Below are positions 20,367 through 31,264 of a stretch of 64,000 bases of DNA, piece by piece (positions within the stretch are counted from its first letter, which is position 1; each line of letters begins with the position of its first letter). Made by a program: the position numbers and the translations under genes. This DNA is from an uncultured Chloroflexia bacterium (lineage in GTDB: Bacteria > Chloroflexota > Limnocylindria > Limnocylindrales > CSP1-4): NCBI GenBank assembly GCA_963752475.1, contig CAVVYR010000029.1, positions 160,001 to 224,000 of the forward strand, written 5' to 3'. A model generated the notes under the pieces. That model ran no database searches and was not told the origin of the DNA. It saw only the letters and a program-made list of their open reading frames with translations.

Positions 20367-22520
20367 CTACGTACGAGGAAGGGTACGCGCTCCGTCGACG
20401 AGGTAGTGGACGAACCAGTCGCTGATGCGCTCGATGTTCTCGATGCGCCGGAAGGGCGTCCCGCTGCGCGTCAGCTCGTGGGTCTCACCGGGCACGCGCA
20501 TCAGCCGCACCGGCCGCTTGAGCGAACGCAGCACGCTGAAGAGCTGCTCGGCCTGGGTGATGGGACAGCGGATGTCCTGCTCGGCGTGCTGGATGAGCAG
20601 CGGCGTGTCGATGGCGTCGGCGTACGTCAACGGGCTCATCTCGCGGTAGAGCTCCGGATGCGTCCACGGCTGTGCGTCAAGCTCGTGGTGCCCGAAGAGG
20701 GGGCCGCCGAGATCGCCGCTGGTCATCTCGACCGAAAGGTCGTAGACGCCGCGGCAGGCCACGGCCGCCTTGTAGCGATCGCTGTGAGCGACCATCCAGG
20801 CGGTCAGGTAGCCACCGTACGAACCGCCGGTGACACCGATGCGCTCGGGGTCGACCTTGCCGGCCTTGTTCAGCTTGTCGAGGCCGGCCTCGATGTCGGC
20901 CTGAGGGCCGGGGCCCCAGTCGCGGAAGTTGGCCTTGGCGAACGCCTGACCGTAGCCGGTCGAGCCGCGCGGATTGCAGGCGAAGACGCTGATGCCCTGG
21001 CCGACCATGACCTGCCACTCCCAGAAGAGGCTGAAGCCGTAGAGCGTGGCCGGGCCGCCGTGGATCTCGACGACCGTGGGGGCCGGCACCCCGCGCTTGG
21101 CGGGCGCCTCATAGAACCAGCCCTGGACCTTACGCCCGTCGACCTTGGTCCAGATCACCTGTGGGGCCACGAGCTCGATGCCGGCCCAGGCCTCACCCAT
21201 GAGGTCGGTGAGCCCCCGCATACCCCGGGGCTTGACCGGCGTTGCCGGCTTCTTCCTGGAGGCCGGCACGTCGAAGGCCACGACATCGGCGGGGGCGGTG
21301 GCCGTGCCCCGGACCGCGGCGGCCACGAGGCCCTTGCCAGAGACCCCGATGCTCGGGCGCACGAGGTGGTGCTGGCCCTTGGTCAGCCGCTCCACGCGGG
21401 CGTCAGCGAGGCGCACGCGCCAGAGCTCGAACGAGCCGTCGATGGGCGCGTTGAAGTAGATGTCAGCGCCATCGGGCGACCACTGTGCGCCGGCCGGCGG
21501 GGTGCCGAAGATGTCGCTGCCCATCATGGCGTCGACGAAGAGATCGGCCTCGGCCGTGAGGTTGCGCCCCTGCTGCTCGGCCCGCGCCCGGAAGACGTGG
21601 ACGTCACCGCGGGTGGGGTTGCCGGACTCGAGTCGGTGGCCGACGGCCGCGATGAGCTTGCCGTCGGGGCTCCAGGCCGGCGCCTCGAAGGCCCGCTCCT
21701 CGCCGGCGCTCACGAGCACCGGCTTGCCGCCCGCAGCATCGACCATGTAGATACCGGTGCGCCAGTTGAGGTCGGGGTCGGTACCGCGGTCCGAGGCGAA
21801 GGCGATGCGCTTGCTGTCGGGGCTCCAGGCCGGCTGGACGTCGCGGCTGCGACCCGAGGTCAGGCGGCGCGCGCCGCCATCGGCCACGTCCACGACCCAG
21901 AGATTGGACCTCTGCTCGTAGATGAAGCCGGCGCCGTTGAGCTGGTAGTTCAACTCGTCGATGAGGCGAGCATCGCGGCGCGGAATCTCGGCATCCTCGG
22001 GCTTGGGCGTGGAGCGTTTGGCCGAGGTGGCCGAGGAGACGGCACACAGCTGCGCGCTGTCGGGGCTCCAGCTGAGGTCGGTGACATCCTCGGGCAGATC
22101 GGTCAGGAGCTGGGCCTCGCCACCAGCCATGGGCAGGAGCCAGACCTGCAGCAGGCCGTGCGGCAGGTCGCGCCCGACGATGTCCTTGAGGCCCGTCGCC
22201 GGCGCCGAGGCCAGCTTCAGATCGGCCTTGTCGCGAGCGGCACCGCCGGCGCGCAGCACGGCACCCCGGTCGCTGAGGAAGGCGAGGTGCCGCCCATCGG
22301 GGCTCCAGTGCGGGGCACTATCGTGGTTCGCACCCAGGGTCAGGCGGCGCGCGGGCTCCGAGCCATCCACCGGCACCAGCCAGAGCGAGGTGCGGTAGCC
22401 GGCGAGGTCAGGCGCGTTCTCCTTGACCACGAAACAGGCGAAGCGCCCGTCGGGAGACAGGCGCACATCGGTCGGGACCCGCAGCGAGGCGAGGTCCTGG
22501 GGGGTCGGCTTCTTCGGCAT
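20367..22520 (-). CDS. S9 family (prolyl oligopeptidase/acylaminoacyl) peptidase with beta-propeller repeats
   Basis: Repeated WSPDG/S units; IHGGP, NPRGSTGYG, GGSYGG nucleophile motif, D-x-R-C, GETH. Confidence 0.93.
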   Translation of the reverse strand: MPKKPTPQDLASLRVPTDVRLSPDGRFACFVVKENAPDLAGYRTSLWLVPVDGSEPARRLTLGANHDSAPHWSPDGRHLAFLSDRGAVLRAGGAARDKADLKLASAPATGLKDIVGRDLPHGLLQVWLLPMAGGEAQLLTDLPEDVTDLSWSPDSAQLCAVSSATSAKRSTPKPEDAEIPRRDARLIDELNYQLNGAGFIYEQRSNLWVVDVADGGARRLTSGRSRDVQPAWSPDSKRIAFASDRGTDPDLNWRTGIYMVDAAGGKPVLVSAGEERAFEAPAWSPDGKLIAAVGHRLESGNPTRGDVHVFRARAEQQGRNLTAEADLFVDAMMGSDIFGTPPAGAQWSPDGADIYFNAPIDGSFELWRVRLADARVERLTKGQHHLVRPSIGVSGKGLVAAAVRGTATAPADVVAFDVPASRKKPATPVKPRGMRGLTDLMGEAWAGIELVAPQVIWTKVDGRKVQGWFYEAPAKRGVPAPTVVEIHGGPATLYGFSLFWEWQVMVGQGISVFACNPRGSTGYGQAFAKANFRDWGPGPQADIEAGLDKLNKAGKVDPERIGVTGGSYGGYLTAWMVAHSDRYKAAVACRGVYDLSVEMTSGDLGGPLFGHHELDAQPWTHPELYREMSPLTYADAIDTPLLIQHAEQDIRCPITQAEQLFSVLRSLKRPVRLMRVPGETHELTRSGTPFRRIENIERISDWFVHYLVDGARTLPRT

Positions 22521-22560
22521 GATCTCGAGTCTAGCCCCGCACCGAGACAAGCATCGGGCT

Positions 22561-23790
22561 CTAGTCGAAGGCCGGCTCGCGCCAGACCGGGCAGGTCATG
22601 CAGTGGCCGCCACCACGACCGCGGCCCAGCTCGGAGCCGTTGATCTCCATCACGGCCACGCCCGCTCGGCGCAGGCGCGTGTTGGTCCACTCGTTGCGGT
22701 CGTAGGCCACGACCACGCCGGGCTCCAGGGCCACGACGTTGTTGCCGTCATCCCACTGCTCGCGCTCCTGCTGGAAGGCGTCACCGCCGGTGGGGATGGT
22801 GCGTAGCTCCTTGAGCCCGAGGGCCTCACGCACGGTCTCGATCCAGTCGTGCTTCTCGACGGTGACCTCGAGGTCGTGCTCGCCGGGCCGGTAGCTGATG
22901 GGCTGGATGGCCTCGACGGCCGGCTCGTAGACGGTCACGAGGTCGCGATCGCAGAAGCTGAAGATGGTGTCGAGGTGCATCGACGCGCGATCGGCCGGCA
23001 TCTTGGCGGCGATGACCCGCTCGGCCGCGCCGGCCTGGAACAGGCGCAGCGCCAGCTGGCTCACGGCCTGGTAGGTGGTGCGCTCGCCCATGCCCACCAG
23101 CACGACGCCCCCGCCCACGGGCATGATGTCGCCGCCCTCGATGGTGGCGCTTCCGTGATGCCTGTCGTCGGGGTCACCCCACCAGATCTCGAAGTCGCCA
23201 TCGCGGAACGCGGGATGGAACTTGTAGATGGCCGCGAGGTGCAGCGACTCCGCCCGTCGCGCCGGCCAGAACATGGGGTTGATGCTGACGCCGCCGTAGA
23301 TCCAGGCCGAGCTGTCGCGCGCAAAAAGCTGGTTGGGCAATGGCGCGATGACGAAGTCCGAGGGCGAGTAGGCCTGCTGCACCCAGGTCCGGAAGTCGTC
23401 CGGCAGCTCGCTCACGGCCACACCGCCGATGAGGTGGCTGACCAGCTCCTTCGACTCCATCTCGTCCATCCAGGCACGCAGCTCCGTGAGGCCACGCACG
23501 CCGACCTCGTCGGGGATGAGCTTGCGGTCGAGGACGTAGGCCCGGCCCGCGGCATCGTCGACCACGTCCTTGAGCAGCTCGTGGATGCGGTAGACGGTGA
23601 TCCCGAACTCCTCGCGCATGAGGTCCACGAAGCCGTCGTGATGCGAGCGCGCCTTGCGCGCCCAGATGACGTCGTCGAAGAGGAGCTCTGCCGCGTTGGT
23701 CGGCGTCAGCCGTCGCATCTCCAGGCCGGGCCGGTGGACGATGACCTTGCGTAGCTTCCCGACCTCGGAGTACGCACCGAACTCCGACAT
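22561..23790 (-). CDS. arcA: Arginine deiminase
   Basis: [39 protein letters not shown]; GAGGAG RBS before ATG 23790. Confidence 0.96.
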   Translation of the reverse strand: MSEFGAYSEVGKLRKVIVHRPGLEMRRLTPTNAAELLFDDVIWARKARSHHDGFVDLMREEFGITVYRIHELLKDVVDDAAGRAYVLDRKLIPDEVGVRGLTELRAWMDEMESKELVSHLIGGVAVSELPDDFRTWVQQAYSPSDFVIAPLPNQLFARDSSAWIYGGVSINPMFWPARRAESLHLAAIYKFHPAFRDGDFEIWWGDPDDRHHGSATIEGGDIMPVGGGVVLVGMGERTTYQAVSQLALRLFQAGAAERVIAAKMPADRASMHLDTIFSFCDRDLVTVYEPAVEAIQPISYRPGEHDLEVTVEKHDWIETVREALGLKELRTIPTGGDAFQQEREQWDDGNNVVALEPGVVVAYDRNEWTNTRLRRAGVAVMEINGSELGRGRGGGHCMTCPVWREPAFD

Positions 23791-23813
23791 GGGCTCCTCC
23801 TCGTCGTTCGGGC

Positions 23814-24818
23814 CTAGGCGCCCAGCGTCGCAACCATCACGGCCTTGATCGTGTGCATCCGGTTCTCGGCCTGGTCGAAGACGATGCTCGCGGGCGACTC
23901 GAAGACGTCGTGGCTGACTTCGAGCCCGTCGGGCATGTTGGTGGCTTCCATGACCTCGCCGCCGACGGTGGTGCCGGCATCGTGGAAGGCCGGGAGGCAG
24001 TGCATGAACTTGACGTTGGCGTTGCCCGCTCGCTCCATCAGCGAGACGTTGACCTGATAGTCGCGCAGCAGCTGCACCCGCTGGTTCCAGACGTCCCTGG
24101 CCTCGCCCATCGAGACCCACACGTCGGTGTGGATGAAGTCGACACCAGCCACGCCCGCGTCGATATCGTCGGTGATGGTGATCTTGGCCCCGGTGTCGGC
24201 TGCGATGTCACGTGCGATGGCCACGACGTCATCGGGCGGGGCCAGCTGCGCGGGTCCCACCATGCGCACATCGCTGCCCATGAGCGCGCCCGTGACCAGC
24301 AGCGAACGACCCATGTTGAAGCGCTGGTCGCCGACGAAGGCGAACGAGAGCTCACCGTACTCCACCCCGCTGTGCTCGCCCATGGTCAGGAAGTCGGCCA
24401 GCATCTGCGTGGGGTGCCACTCGTCGGTGAGGCCGTTGTAGACAGGGACGTTGGAGAAGGCCGCCAGCGTTTCGACCGTCTCCTGGCTCTTGCCGCGGTA
24501 CTCCAGCGCGTCGTAGTAGCGGCCGAGCACGCGAGCCGTGTCCTCGGTCGACTCCTTGTGGCCCATCTGCGATCCGGAGGGGTCGAGGTACGTGACGTGC
24601 GCGCCCTGGTCGAAGGAGGCCACCTCGAAGGCGCAGCGCGTGCGCGTCGAGGTCTTCTCGAAGATGAGCCCGATGTTCTTGCCCGTCAGGCGCTGCTGCT
24701 CGGTGCCTGCGTACTTCGCCGTCTTCAGGTCGGCCGAGAGCTTGAGCAGGTAGCGCAGCTCAGCCGGGCTGAAGTCGATCTCCTTGACGAAGCTGCGGTT
24801 GCGCAGGTTGTAGGGCAC
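23814..24818 (-). CDS. arcB: Ornithine carbamoyltransferase (catabolic)
   Basis: STRTR, HPTQ, DVWVSMG, HCLP, QAENR; lies between arcC and arcA. Confidence 0.95.
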   Translation of the reverse strand: MPYNLRNRSFVKEIDFSPAELRYLLKLSADLKTAKYAGTEQQRLTGKNIGLIFEKTSTRTRCAFEVASFDQGAHVTYLDPSGSQMGHKESTEDTARVLGRYYDALEYRGKSQETVETLAAFSNVPVYNGLTDEWHPTQMLADFLTMGEHSGVEYGELSFAFVGDQRFNMGRSLLVTGALMGSDVRMVGPAQLAPPDDVVAIARDIAADTGAKITITDDIDAGVAGVDFIHTDVWVSMGEARDVWNQRVQLLRDYQVNVSLMERAGNANVKFMHCLPAFHDAGTTVGGEVMEATNMPDGLEVSHDVFESPASIVFDQAENRMHTIKAVMVATLGA

Positions 24819-24868
24819 GAGGGGTCTCTCCTGTGGGTCGGGCGCGAGGGCGCGATCGGGGTTGTGGC

Positions 24869-25834
24869 CTAACGGTAGGTGATGCCGTCGAACTCGGTCG
24901 AGATGATGGTGCCGGCCCGGCCCTCGAGCATCTCGTCGATGTCGTCGAGCCCGCCGATGGCGGCGCGCTTGCCGGGGGTCTTGGTGGCGAATCCGGCTGC
25001 CGCCTGCACCTTGGGCAGCATCGAGCCCGCCGCGAAGTGCGAGGACAGTTCGAGGACCGCGTCCGGGTGCGCGGTGGCGATGGCCCGCTGCTCGGGCGTG
25101 GCCCAGCCGGTGTAGACGGCGTCGGCGTCGGTGGCCATGACGAAATAGTCGGCCTCGATGCCTGCGCTGAGGAGGGCCGAAGCGTGATCCTTGTCGATGA
25201 CGGCCTCGACGCCCACCAGCTGCTTCTCGGGACCGTAAGCCGTGGGGGCGGGGCGATCGACGTACATCACGGGGATGCCGCCGCCGCCGGCGCAGATGAC
25301 GATCGAGCCCTGCTCAAGGAGCCACCTGATCTGCCGCAGCTCGAAGATATGGATGGGCTTGGGCGAGGGCACCACGCGCCGCATGTAATCGCCGTCGGCC
25401 TTGAAGGTCCAGCCGCGCTGCTTGCCCATGGCGCTCGCGGATTCCTGGTCGTAGATGGGGCCGATGGGCTTGGTCGGATCCTTGAAGGCCGCGTCTTCGG
25501 GGTCGACCTCGATCATCGTCAGCAGCGTGGCCACCGGGCGCTCGTAGGGCACGAGGTTGCCCAGCTCCTGCTCGACGAGATAGCCGATCATGCCCTGGCT
25601 CTCGGCACCGAGGACGTCCAGCGGGTAGGACGGGACCTCCTTGTAGGCCGCGCTCTGCAGCGCCAAGAGGCCAACCTGTGGCCCGTTGCCGTGGGCCACC
25701 ACGAGCTCGCTCTTCTGGGCCACCGCGGCCAACTCCCGGCAGGCGGTCTGCACGTTCTCGCGCTGGTTCTCGGCGGTCATGGCCTGACCGCGACGCAACA
25801 GGGCGTTCCCGCCAAGGGCGACGACGACTCTCAT
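24869..25834 (-). CDS. arcC: Carbamate kinase
   Basis: [44 protein letters not shown]. Confidence 0.96.
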   Translation of the reverse strand: MRVVVALGGNALLRRGQAMTAENQRENVQTACRELAAVAQKSELVVAHGNGPQVGLLALQSAAYKEVPSYPLDVLGAESQGMIGYLVEQELGNLVPYERPVATLLTMIEVDPEDAAFKDPTKPIGPIYDQESASAMGKQRGWTFKADGDYMRRVVPSPKPIHIFELRQIRWLLEQGSIVICAGGGGIPVMYVDRPAPTAYGPEKQLVGVEAVIDKDHASALLSAGIEADYFVMATDADAVYTGWATPEQRAIATAHPDAVLELSSHFAAGSMLPKVQAAAGFATKTPGKRAAIGGLDDIDEMLEGRAGTIISTEFDGITYR

Positions 25835-26006
25835 GTTCCTTCCTCTCCGGCTGACACCAGCCGCTCCATCCTTGTAGGAGCGACATTGTGCCTCCGACGA
25901 GCAGGGGCCACATGGGCATGACGCGGCCACGTTCGGCCACCACGGATGATCCTGTCCGTGGGAACATCGGACCGGAGGGGCCGCCAGGACGACTCGGAGG
26001 ACCAGC

Positions 26007-26906
26007 GTGGGCAAGAAGAAGCAGAAGACGAAGACCGGAGCCGACAAGCGTACGACCGCCGCCAGCAGGGTCGGGCCGGGGATCGCGCGGCCGCCGTTCA
26101 CGCCGGGCACCGACACCCAGAAGATGTCGCGCAAGGACTACGAGGCCGAGCTGGCGAAGCTCGAGGTCGAGCTGGTCAAGCTGCAGCACTGGGTGGCCGA
26201 GAAGGGCCTCAAGGTCTGCGTCCTCTTCGAAGGACGCGACTCGGCCGGCAAGGGCGGGGTCATCAAGCGCATCACCTACCGCACGAGCCCGCGCGTCGTA
26301 CGCGTGGTGGCGCTCCAGAAGCCCACGGAAAAGGAAAGCGGCCAGTGGTACTTCCAGCGCTACGTGTCGCAGCTGCCCTCGCCCGGCGAGATCGTGCTCT
26401 TCGATCGCAGCTGGTACAACCGAGCCGGCGTGGAGAAGGTGATGGGCTTCTGCACGCAGGCCGAGTACGACGAGTTCATGGCTACGGTCAACGGCTTCGA
26501 GCAGGCCCTCGTGCGCTCGGGCACGATCCTCGTGAAGTACTGGCTGGACATCGCCGATGAGACGCAGGAAGAGCGGTTCAAGTCGCGCATCGACGACCCA
26601 CGCAAACGCTGGAAGCTCTCGCCCATGGACCTCGAGGCACGCAGGCGCTGGGTCGACTACTCCCGAGCCCGCGACGCCATGCTGGCCCACACCAGCAGCC
26701 AGCATGCGCCGTGGTACATCGTCGACGCCAATATCAAACGCCACGCCCGGCTCAACGTCATCTCCCACCTGCTCAGCCAGGTTCCCTACAAGGACCTCAC
26801 GCCCACGAAGCTGAAGCTGCCGCGGCGCCAGAAGGCCGGCGACTACCAGCTGCCGGATCCGTCGGACTTCCAGTTCGTGCCCTCGGTCTATCCCCAAGGC
26901 GACTAG
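26007..26906 (+). CDS. ppk2: Polyphosphate kinase 2 (class I type)
   Basis: [10 protein letters not shown] (Walker A), [23 protein letters not shown]. Confidence 0.95.
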   Translation: MGKKKQKTKTGADKRTTAASRVGPGIARPPFTPGTDTQKMSRKDYEAELAKLEVELVKLQHWVAEKGLKVCVLFEGRDSAGKGGVIKRITYRTSPRVVRVVALQKPTEKESGQWYFQRYVSQLPSPGEIVLFDRSWYNRAGVEKVMGFCTQAEYDEFMATVNGFEQALVRSGTILVKYWLDIADETQEERFKSRIDDPRKRWKLSPMDLEARRRWVDYSRARDAMLAHTSSQHAPWYIVDANIKRHARLNVISHLLSQVPYKDLTPTKLKLPRRQKAGDYQLPDPSDFQFVPSVYPQGD

Positions 26907-26934
26907 GCGGAGCGGCTGTGGCAGAGTCGAGTCC

Positions 26935-27336
26935 ATGACCACCGAATTCGGCGGCGACGCCATCAAGCCCACGAATATCCATGCCGACCGCCCGGCACGA
27001 CTCCTCACCATCGAGTGGGCCGACGGCCACCAGAGTGCCTTCGACCTGACCGTCCTGCGCTGGCTCTGTCCCTGCGCCTTCTGCCGCGGTGAGGCCGGCC
27101 AGCCCGGCTGGCTCGACTCGAACCCCACCTTGACCGAGGAGCAGCTCGAGCTGGCCGACATGTCGCTCACCGGCAACTACGCCCTGCAGCCGGTGTGGGC
27201 CGACGGGCATAGCAGCGGCTTCTACTCCTTCGAGCACCTGCGTCGCAACTGCCCCTGCCCCGAGGACACCGCTCGCCGCGAGGCCGAGGCTGCCGCCGAG
27301 GCCGCCGGAGGCGCACCCGAGCACACGCACGGCTAA
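26935..27336 (+). CDS. DUF971 / GBBH-N-terminal-like Cys-containing protein
   Basis: IEWADGH, LRWLCPCAFC, GNYAL, WADGHSSGFY. Confidence 0.88.
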   Translation: MTTEFGGDAIKPTNIHADRPARLLTIEWADGHQSAFDLTVLRWLCPCAFCRGEAGQPGWLDSNPTLTEEQLELADMSLTGNYALQPVWADGHSSGFYSFEHLRRNCPCPEDTARREAEAAAEAAGGAPEHTHG

Positions 27337-27417
27337 GGCGGCTCGGCACCAGTCCGTGAGGTGGTCTTGACCATCGGGCCCTATCGGTCCGTATGGCGGC
27401 CCTGATAGCATCGACGG

Positions 27418-29529
27418 GTGACGACGACCCCTGATACCGCACGCCCCGGAGCGGCCCGACGCAAGAGCCGCAAGCCCAGCTTCCCGTTCATCACGCGGGA
27501 GCTCAGCTGGCTGGACTTCAACGGGCGCGTCCTCTACCAGGCGGAGGACGAGGGCAACCCGCTGCTCGAGCGCGTGCGCTTCCTGTCCATCTTCGCCAGC
27601 AACCTCGACGAGTTCTTCCAGGTCCGAGTCTCGGGCCTGATGCAGCAGGTTGCGGCCGGCCATAGCCGGCCTACGCCGGACGGGCTATCGGCCAACCAGA
27701 AGCTGGACCGCATCCGCGGTCGCGTGCTGCAGCTCCAGGCCCAGCACTCCGACGTCTGGAACACGGTGCGCGAGGAGCTCTCCGAGGAGGGCATCCGCAT
27801 CATCGCGCCAGAGGAGTGGGCCCGCACCAACGAGCTGCGCGAGCGCTTCATCGACGAGATCTTCCCGGTGCTGACGCCGTTGGCCGTGGATCCCTCGCAC
27901 CCGTTCCCCTACATCAGCGATCTCTCGCTGTCGCTGGCCGTGACCGTGCGCGACCCATCGACCGGCGATCGCCGGTTCGCCCGGGTGAAGGTGCCCCCGG
28001 TCCTGCCCCGGCTGTGGGAGGTGGCGCCGCGGACCTACGTCCAGCTCGAGCGCATCATCGCGGCCAATATGGCCGTGCTCTTCCCGGGCATGGAGGTCGA
28101 ATCGCACTACCTCTTCCGGGTCACGCGCAACGCAGACCTCGATATCGAGGAGGACGAGGCGGACGACCTGCTGCTGGCCATGGAGGAGGAGCTCCGGCGC
28201 CGACGCTTCGGTGCGGTGGTGCGCTTGGAGGTCGAGCGCTCCATGCCCCACGACACGCGCACCCTGCTGCAGCGCGGCCTGGGCCTCGACTCAGCCAACG
28301 TCTACGAGATCCGGGGCATGCTCGACCTGCGCGGCCTGGGTACCATCGCGGACCTCGACATCCCCGAGCTGCAGCCCGAGCCGTGGAAGCCGGTGACCCC
28401 GCCGCGTCTGGCGCGGCGGGAGGAAGAGGATGAGGTCGGCGGCGTCGATGTCTTCGGTCGCATCCGCGAGGGCGACATCCTGCTCCACCATCCCTATGAG
28501 TCGTTCGCCAACTCGGTCCAGCGGCTGATCGCTCAGGCCGCCGACGATCCGGACGTGCTGACGATCAAGATGACGCTCTACCGCACCAGCGGTGACTCGC
28601 CCATCGTGCACTCGCTCATCCGGGCCGCTGAGAGCGGTAAACAGGTCGTGGTCCTGGTGGAGATCAAGGCCCGCTTCGACGAGCGCGCCAACATCGTCTG
28701 GGCCAAGGCCCTGGAGCGTGCCGGCGCCCACGTGGCCTATGGCCTGCTGGGCCTCAAGACGCACTCCAAGATCGCGCTCGTCATCCGCCGCGAGTCAGGT
28801 GGCTTGCGGCGGTATGCCCACATCGGCACCGGCAACTATCACCACAAGACGGCGCGCCTCTACACCGACCTCGGACTGCTCACCGCGGACCGCACCCTCA
28901 CCGGCGACGTGACCGACCTCTTCAACGTGCTCACCGGGGTGGCCAAGAAGGACGCCTACCGAGAGCTGGCGGTGGCGCCCAAGTCCATGCGCCCCCGCCT
29001 CGAGGAGCTCGTGGACGAGGAGATCGCACGGCACCGCGAGCAGGGCGACGGCCGCATCATCATCAAGTGCAACGCGTTCGTGGATCCGCCCATGATCCAG
29101 AAGATGTACGAGGCCAGCCAGGCCGGCGTGCCCATCGACCTCATCGTGCGCGGCATGTGTTCGCTGCAGCCGGGCGTGCCGGGCTTCAGCGAGTCGATCC
29201 AGGTGCGCTCGATCGTGGGTCGCTACCTGGAGCACTCTCGCATCTTCTGCTTCGGGCAGGGCGATCGTCAGCGCTACTACATCGGCTCAGCGGACATGAT
29301 GGAGCGCAACCTCGACCGACGCGTGGAAGCGATGACGCCGGTGAAGGACCCGGCGCTGGCCGAGCGCCTGAGCGAGATCCTGGCCATCATGCGGCGCGAC
29401 GACCGGAGAGCCTGGACGCTGGGCGCTGATGGCGAGTGGACGCGCGTCGCGAGCACCATCGACGGCGAACCCACGACCGATACCTTCGCGGCGCTCATGG
29501 CGGACGCCGCCGAGAGCGCGGCTTCGTGA
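27418..29529 (+). CDS. ppk1: Polyphosphate kinase 1
   Basis: RELSWLDFN, NLDEFF, HPFP, HHPYESF, KARFDE, KTHSK, GTGNY, RYLEHSR, SADMMERNL. Confidence 0.97.
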   Translation: MTTTPDTARPGAARRKSRKPSFPFITRELSWLDFNGRVLYQAEDEGNPLLERVRFLSIFASNLDEFFQVRVSGLMQQVAAGHSRPTPDGLSANQKLDRIRGRVLQLQAQHSDVWNTVREELSEEGIRIIAPEEWARTNELRERFIDEIFPVLTPLAVDPSHPFPYISDLSLSLAVTVRDPSTGDRRFARVKVPPVLPRLWEVAPRTYVQLERIIAANMAVLFPGMEVESHYLFRVTRNADLDIEEDEADDLLLAMEEELRRRRFGAVVRLEVERSMPHDTRTLLQRGLGLDSANVYEIRGMLDLRGLGTIADLDIPELQPEPWKPVTPPRLARREEEDEVGGVDVFGRIREGDILLHHPYESFANSVQRLIAQAADDPDVLTIKMTLYRTSGDSPIVHSLIRAAESGKQVVVLVEIKARFDERANIVWAKALERAGAHVAYGLLGLKTHSKIALVIRRESGGLRRYAHIGTGNYHHKTARLYTDLGLLTADRTLTGDVTDLFNVLTGVAKKDAYRELAVAPKSMRPRLEELVDEEIARHREQGDGRIIIKCNAFVDPPMIQKMYEASQAGVPIDLIVRGMCSLQPGVPGFSESIQVRSIVGRYLEHSRIFCFGQGDRQRYYIGSADMMERNLDRRVEAMTPVKDPALAERLSEILAIMRRDDRRAWTLGADGEWTRVASTIDGEPTTDTFAALMADAAESAAS

Positions 29530-31232
29530 CCGGGACGCGCCGAGACGACGATCTGGCCGGCGGCGCCATACCGCCCCTCGTAGGACTGGGCAAGAAGGAA
29601 CCGCAGATCCCGCGCGAGGTCGAGCTCAAGTACCTCGTGCGCGATGTGGAGGCGCTACGAGCCTGGCTGGACAAGGGTTGGGGCGGAGCACTCGACGGGA
29701 TGGAGTTCGGCAACGAACGCACGGTCGAGGTCGAGGACCGCTACATCGACACCGCCTATGGCGCGCTCGGACAAGCCGGCTTCGGCGCCCGCCTGCGCCG
29801 CGAGGACAACGGGCCCTACACGGTCACGGTCAAATCCTCGTCGCACGAGCGCCCGGCCGACGAAGCCGGCGGCGAGAGGGAATCGAAGGCGCTCTCGCAG
29901 CGGGTGGAGGTAGAGGCACCGGCCAGCGAGCGGCTGGACCCGGACACCTGGCCGTCCAGTGCCGCCCGCGAACTCATCAACAAGGTCCGCGACGGCGCCC
30001 GCCTGCGGCTGCTCTTCACCATCAACCAGCGACGCGAGAAGAAGACGCTCGCGCTCGACGACGGGCCCGTACAGCTGGCGCTCGACCGCGTGGCGGTCTT
30101 CCGGGGTGGCCGGCCACTGGCCTCGTTCTCGGTGCTGGAGTTGGAGGTGAGCGGCGGCAGCGGCGCGGATCTGAACCGGCTGGCCGCTCTCGTCGAGGCC
30201 ACCGGCTACGTGCTGCCCGAGCCGCGCTCCAAGGAGGAGATCGCGCGTCATTACGTGGCCCAGGCCGCGGAGGATCGCAACCACAGGCTGCCCCCGGTGC
30301 CCACGTCGACGGGGGTCAAGGCCGACGACTCGCTGGGCTCGGCCGGCCGCAAGGTCCTGCGCCTGCACCTTGCGCGCATGCTCCACTTCGAGGCTGGCGC
30401 GCGCTCGGGTGACGATCCCGAGGACCTGCACAAGATGCGTGTGGCGACCCGCCGCTTGCGCGCGGCCTGGCGCGTATTCGACGGCGCCTACCGACCCAAG
30501 GTCCAGCGCCGCTATGTCAAGGAGCTGCGCTCCATCGCCCGAGTGCTCGGCGATGTGCGCGACATCGACGTCCTGCTCGAGGACCTCGACGGCTACATCA
30601 CCGATCTGCCGCGACCCGGTCGCGATGCCGTGGAGCCGTTGCGCGCCGCCTGGCGACGGCAGCGCGAGATCGCGCGCGGGCGCATGAACGCCAAGCTCGA
30701 CTCCAAGGCCTACCGCGACTTCGTGGATGACTGCCTCGAGTTCACCGAATCACCCGGCGCGGCCGAGATCCTGACGCCGCTGGGCCGACCCAGCCTCGTG
30801 CGCGACAACGCCGGCTCGCGCATCCTCGCGGCCTACGAGCGCATGCGTGCATACGACACGATCATCACCTGGGCGGACGTGGCCACCCTGCACGCCCTGC
30901 GCATCGAGGCCAAGCGCCTGCGCTACACGATGGAGTACTTCAGCGAGGTCATGCCGGTGACGTCGCGCAAGCTCATCGCGCAGGTCACGGAGCTGCAGGA
31001 CCACCTGGGTCTGATGAACGATGCCGACGTGGCGGCGTCGGCGACACGCGAGTGGCTCAACCTGCACGCGCCCCACCTGCCCTCGACGTCGCGAGAGGCG
31101 GTCGGGCTCTACCTCGACTCCCGCGAGGCCACGGTCGAGCAGCTGCGACGAAGCTTCCGGCCGGTGTGGAAGCGCATGACCGGCGTCACGTTCCGAAAGG
31201 CGCTGGGCCTCTCGATCACGCAGATCGGCTAG
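29526..31232 (+). CDS. CYTH + CHAD domain fusion protein
   Basis: N-terminal EVELKY (ExExK), YIDT, RLR, ELE; C-terminal LHKMRVATRRLR, LGDVRDIDV, LHALRIEAKRLRY, QDHLGLMND; GTGA overlap with the ppk1 stop. Confidence 0.92.
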   Translation: MTGTRRDDDLAGGAIPPLVGLGKKEPQIPREVELKYLVRDVEALRAWLDKGWGGALDGMEFGNERTVEVEDRYIDTAYGALGQAGFGARLRREDNGPYTVTVKSSSHERPADEAGGERESKALSQRVEVEAPASERLDPDTWPSSAARELINKVRDGARLRLLFTINQRREKKTLALDDGPVQLALDRVAVFRGGRPLASFSVLELEVSGGSGADLNRLAALVEATGYVLPEPRSKEEIARHYVAQAAEDRNHRLPPVPTSTGVKADDSLGSAGRKVLRLHLARMLHFEAGARSGDDPEDLHKMRVATRRLRAAWRVFDGAYRPKVQRRYVKELRSIARVLGDVRDIDVLLEDLDGYITDLPRPGRDAVEPLRAAWRRQREIARGRMNAKLDSKAYRDFVDDCLEFTESPGAAEILTPLGRPSLVRDNAGSRILAAYERMRAYDTIITWADVATLHALRIEAKRLRYTMEYFSEVMPVTSRKLIAQVTELQDHLGLMNDADVAASATREWLNLHAPHLPSTSREAVGLYLDSREATVEQLRRSFRPVWKRMTGVTFRKALGLSITQIG

Positions 31233-31264
31233 CGCGACCCGGCGGCGCGTCGGCCGCTGGGGAC

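Noticed and set aside
19185-22643. 1152-aa plus-strand ORF, and similar long ORFs such as 32829..35096, 50500..52416 and 25314..27176
   Set aside because: These are antisense or alternate-frame shadows of well-supported genes. They are expected in high-GC DNA and show no recognisable motifs.
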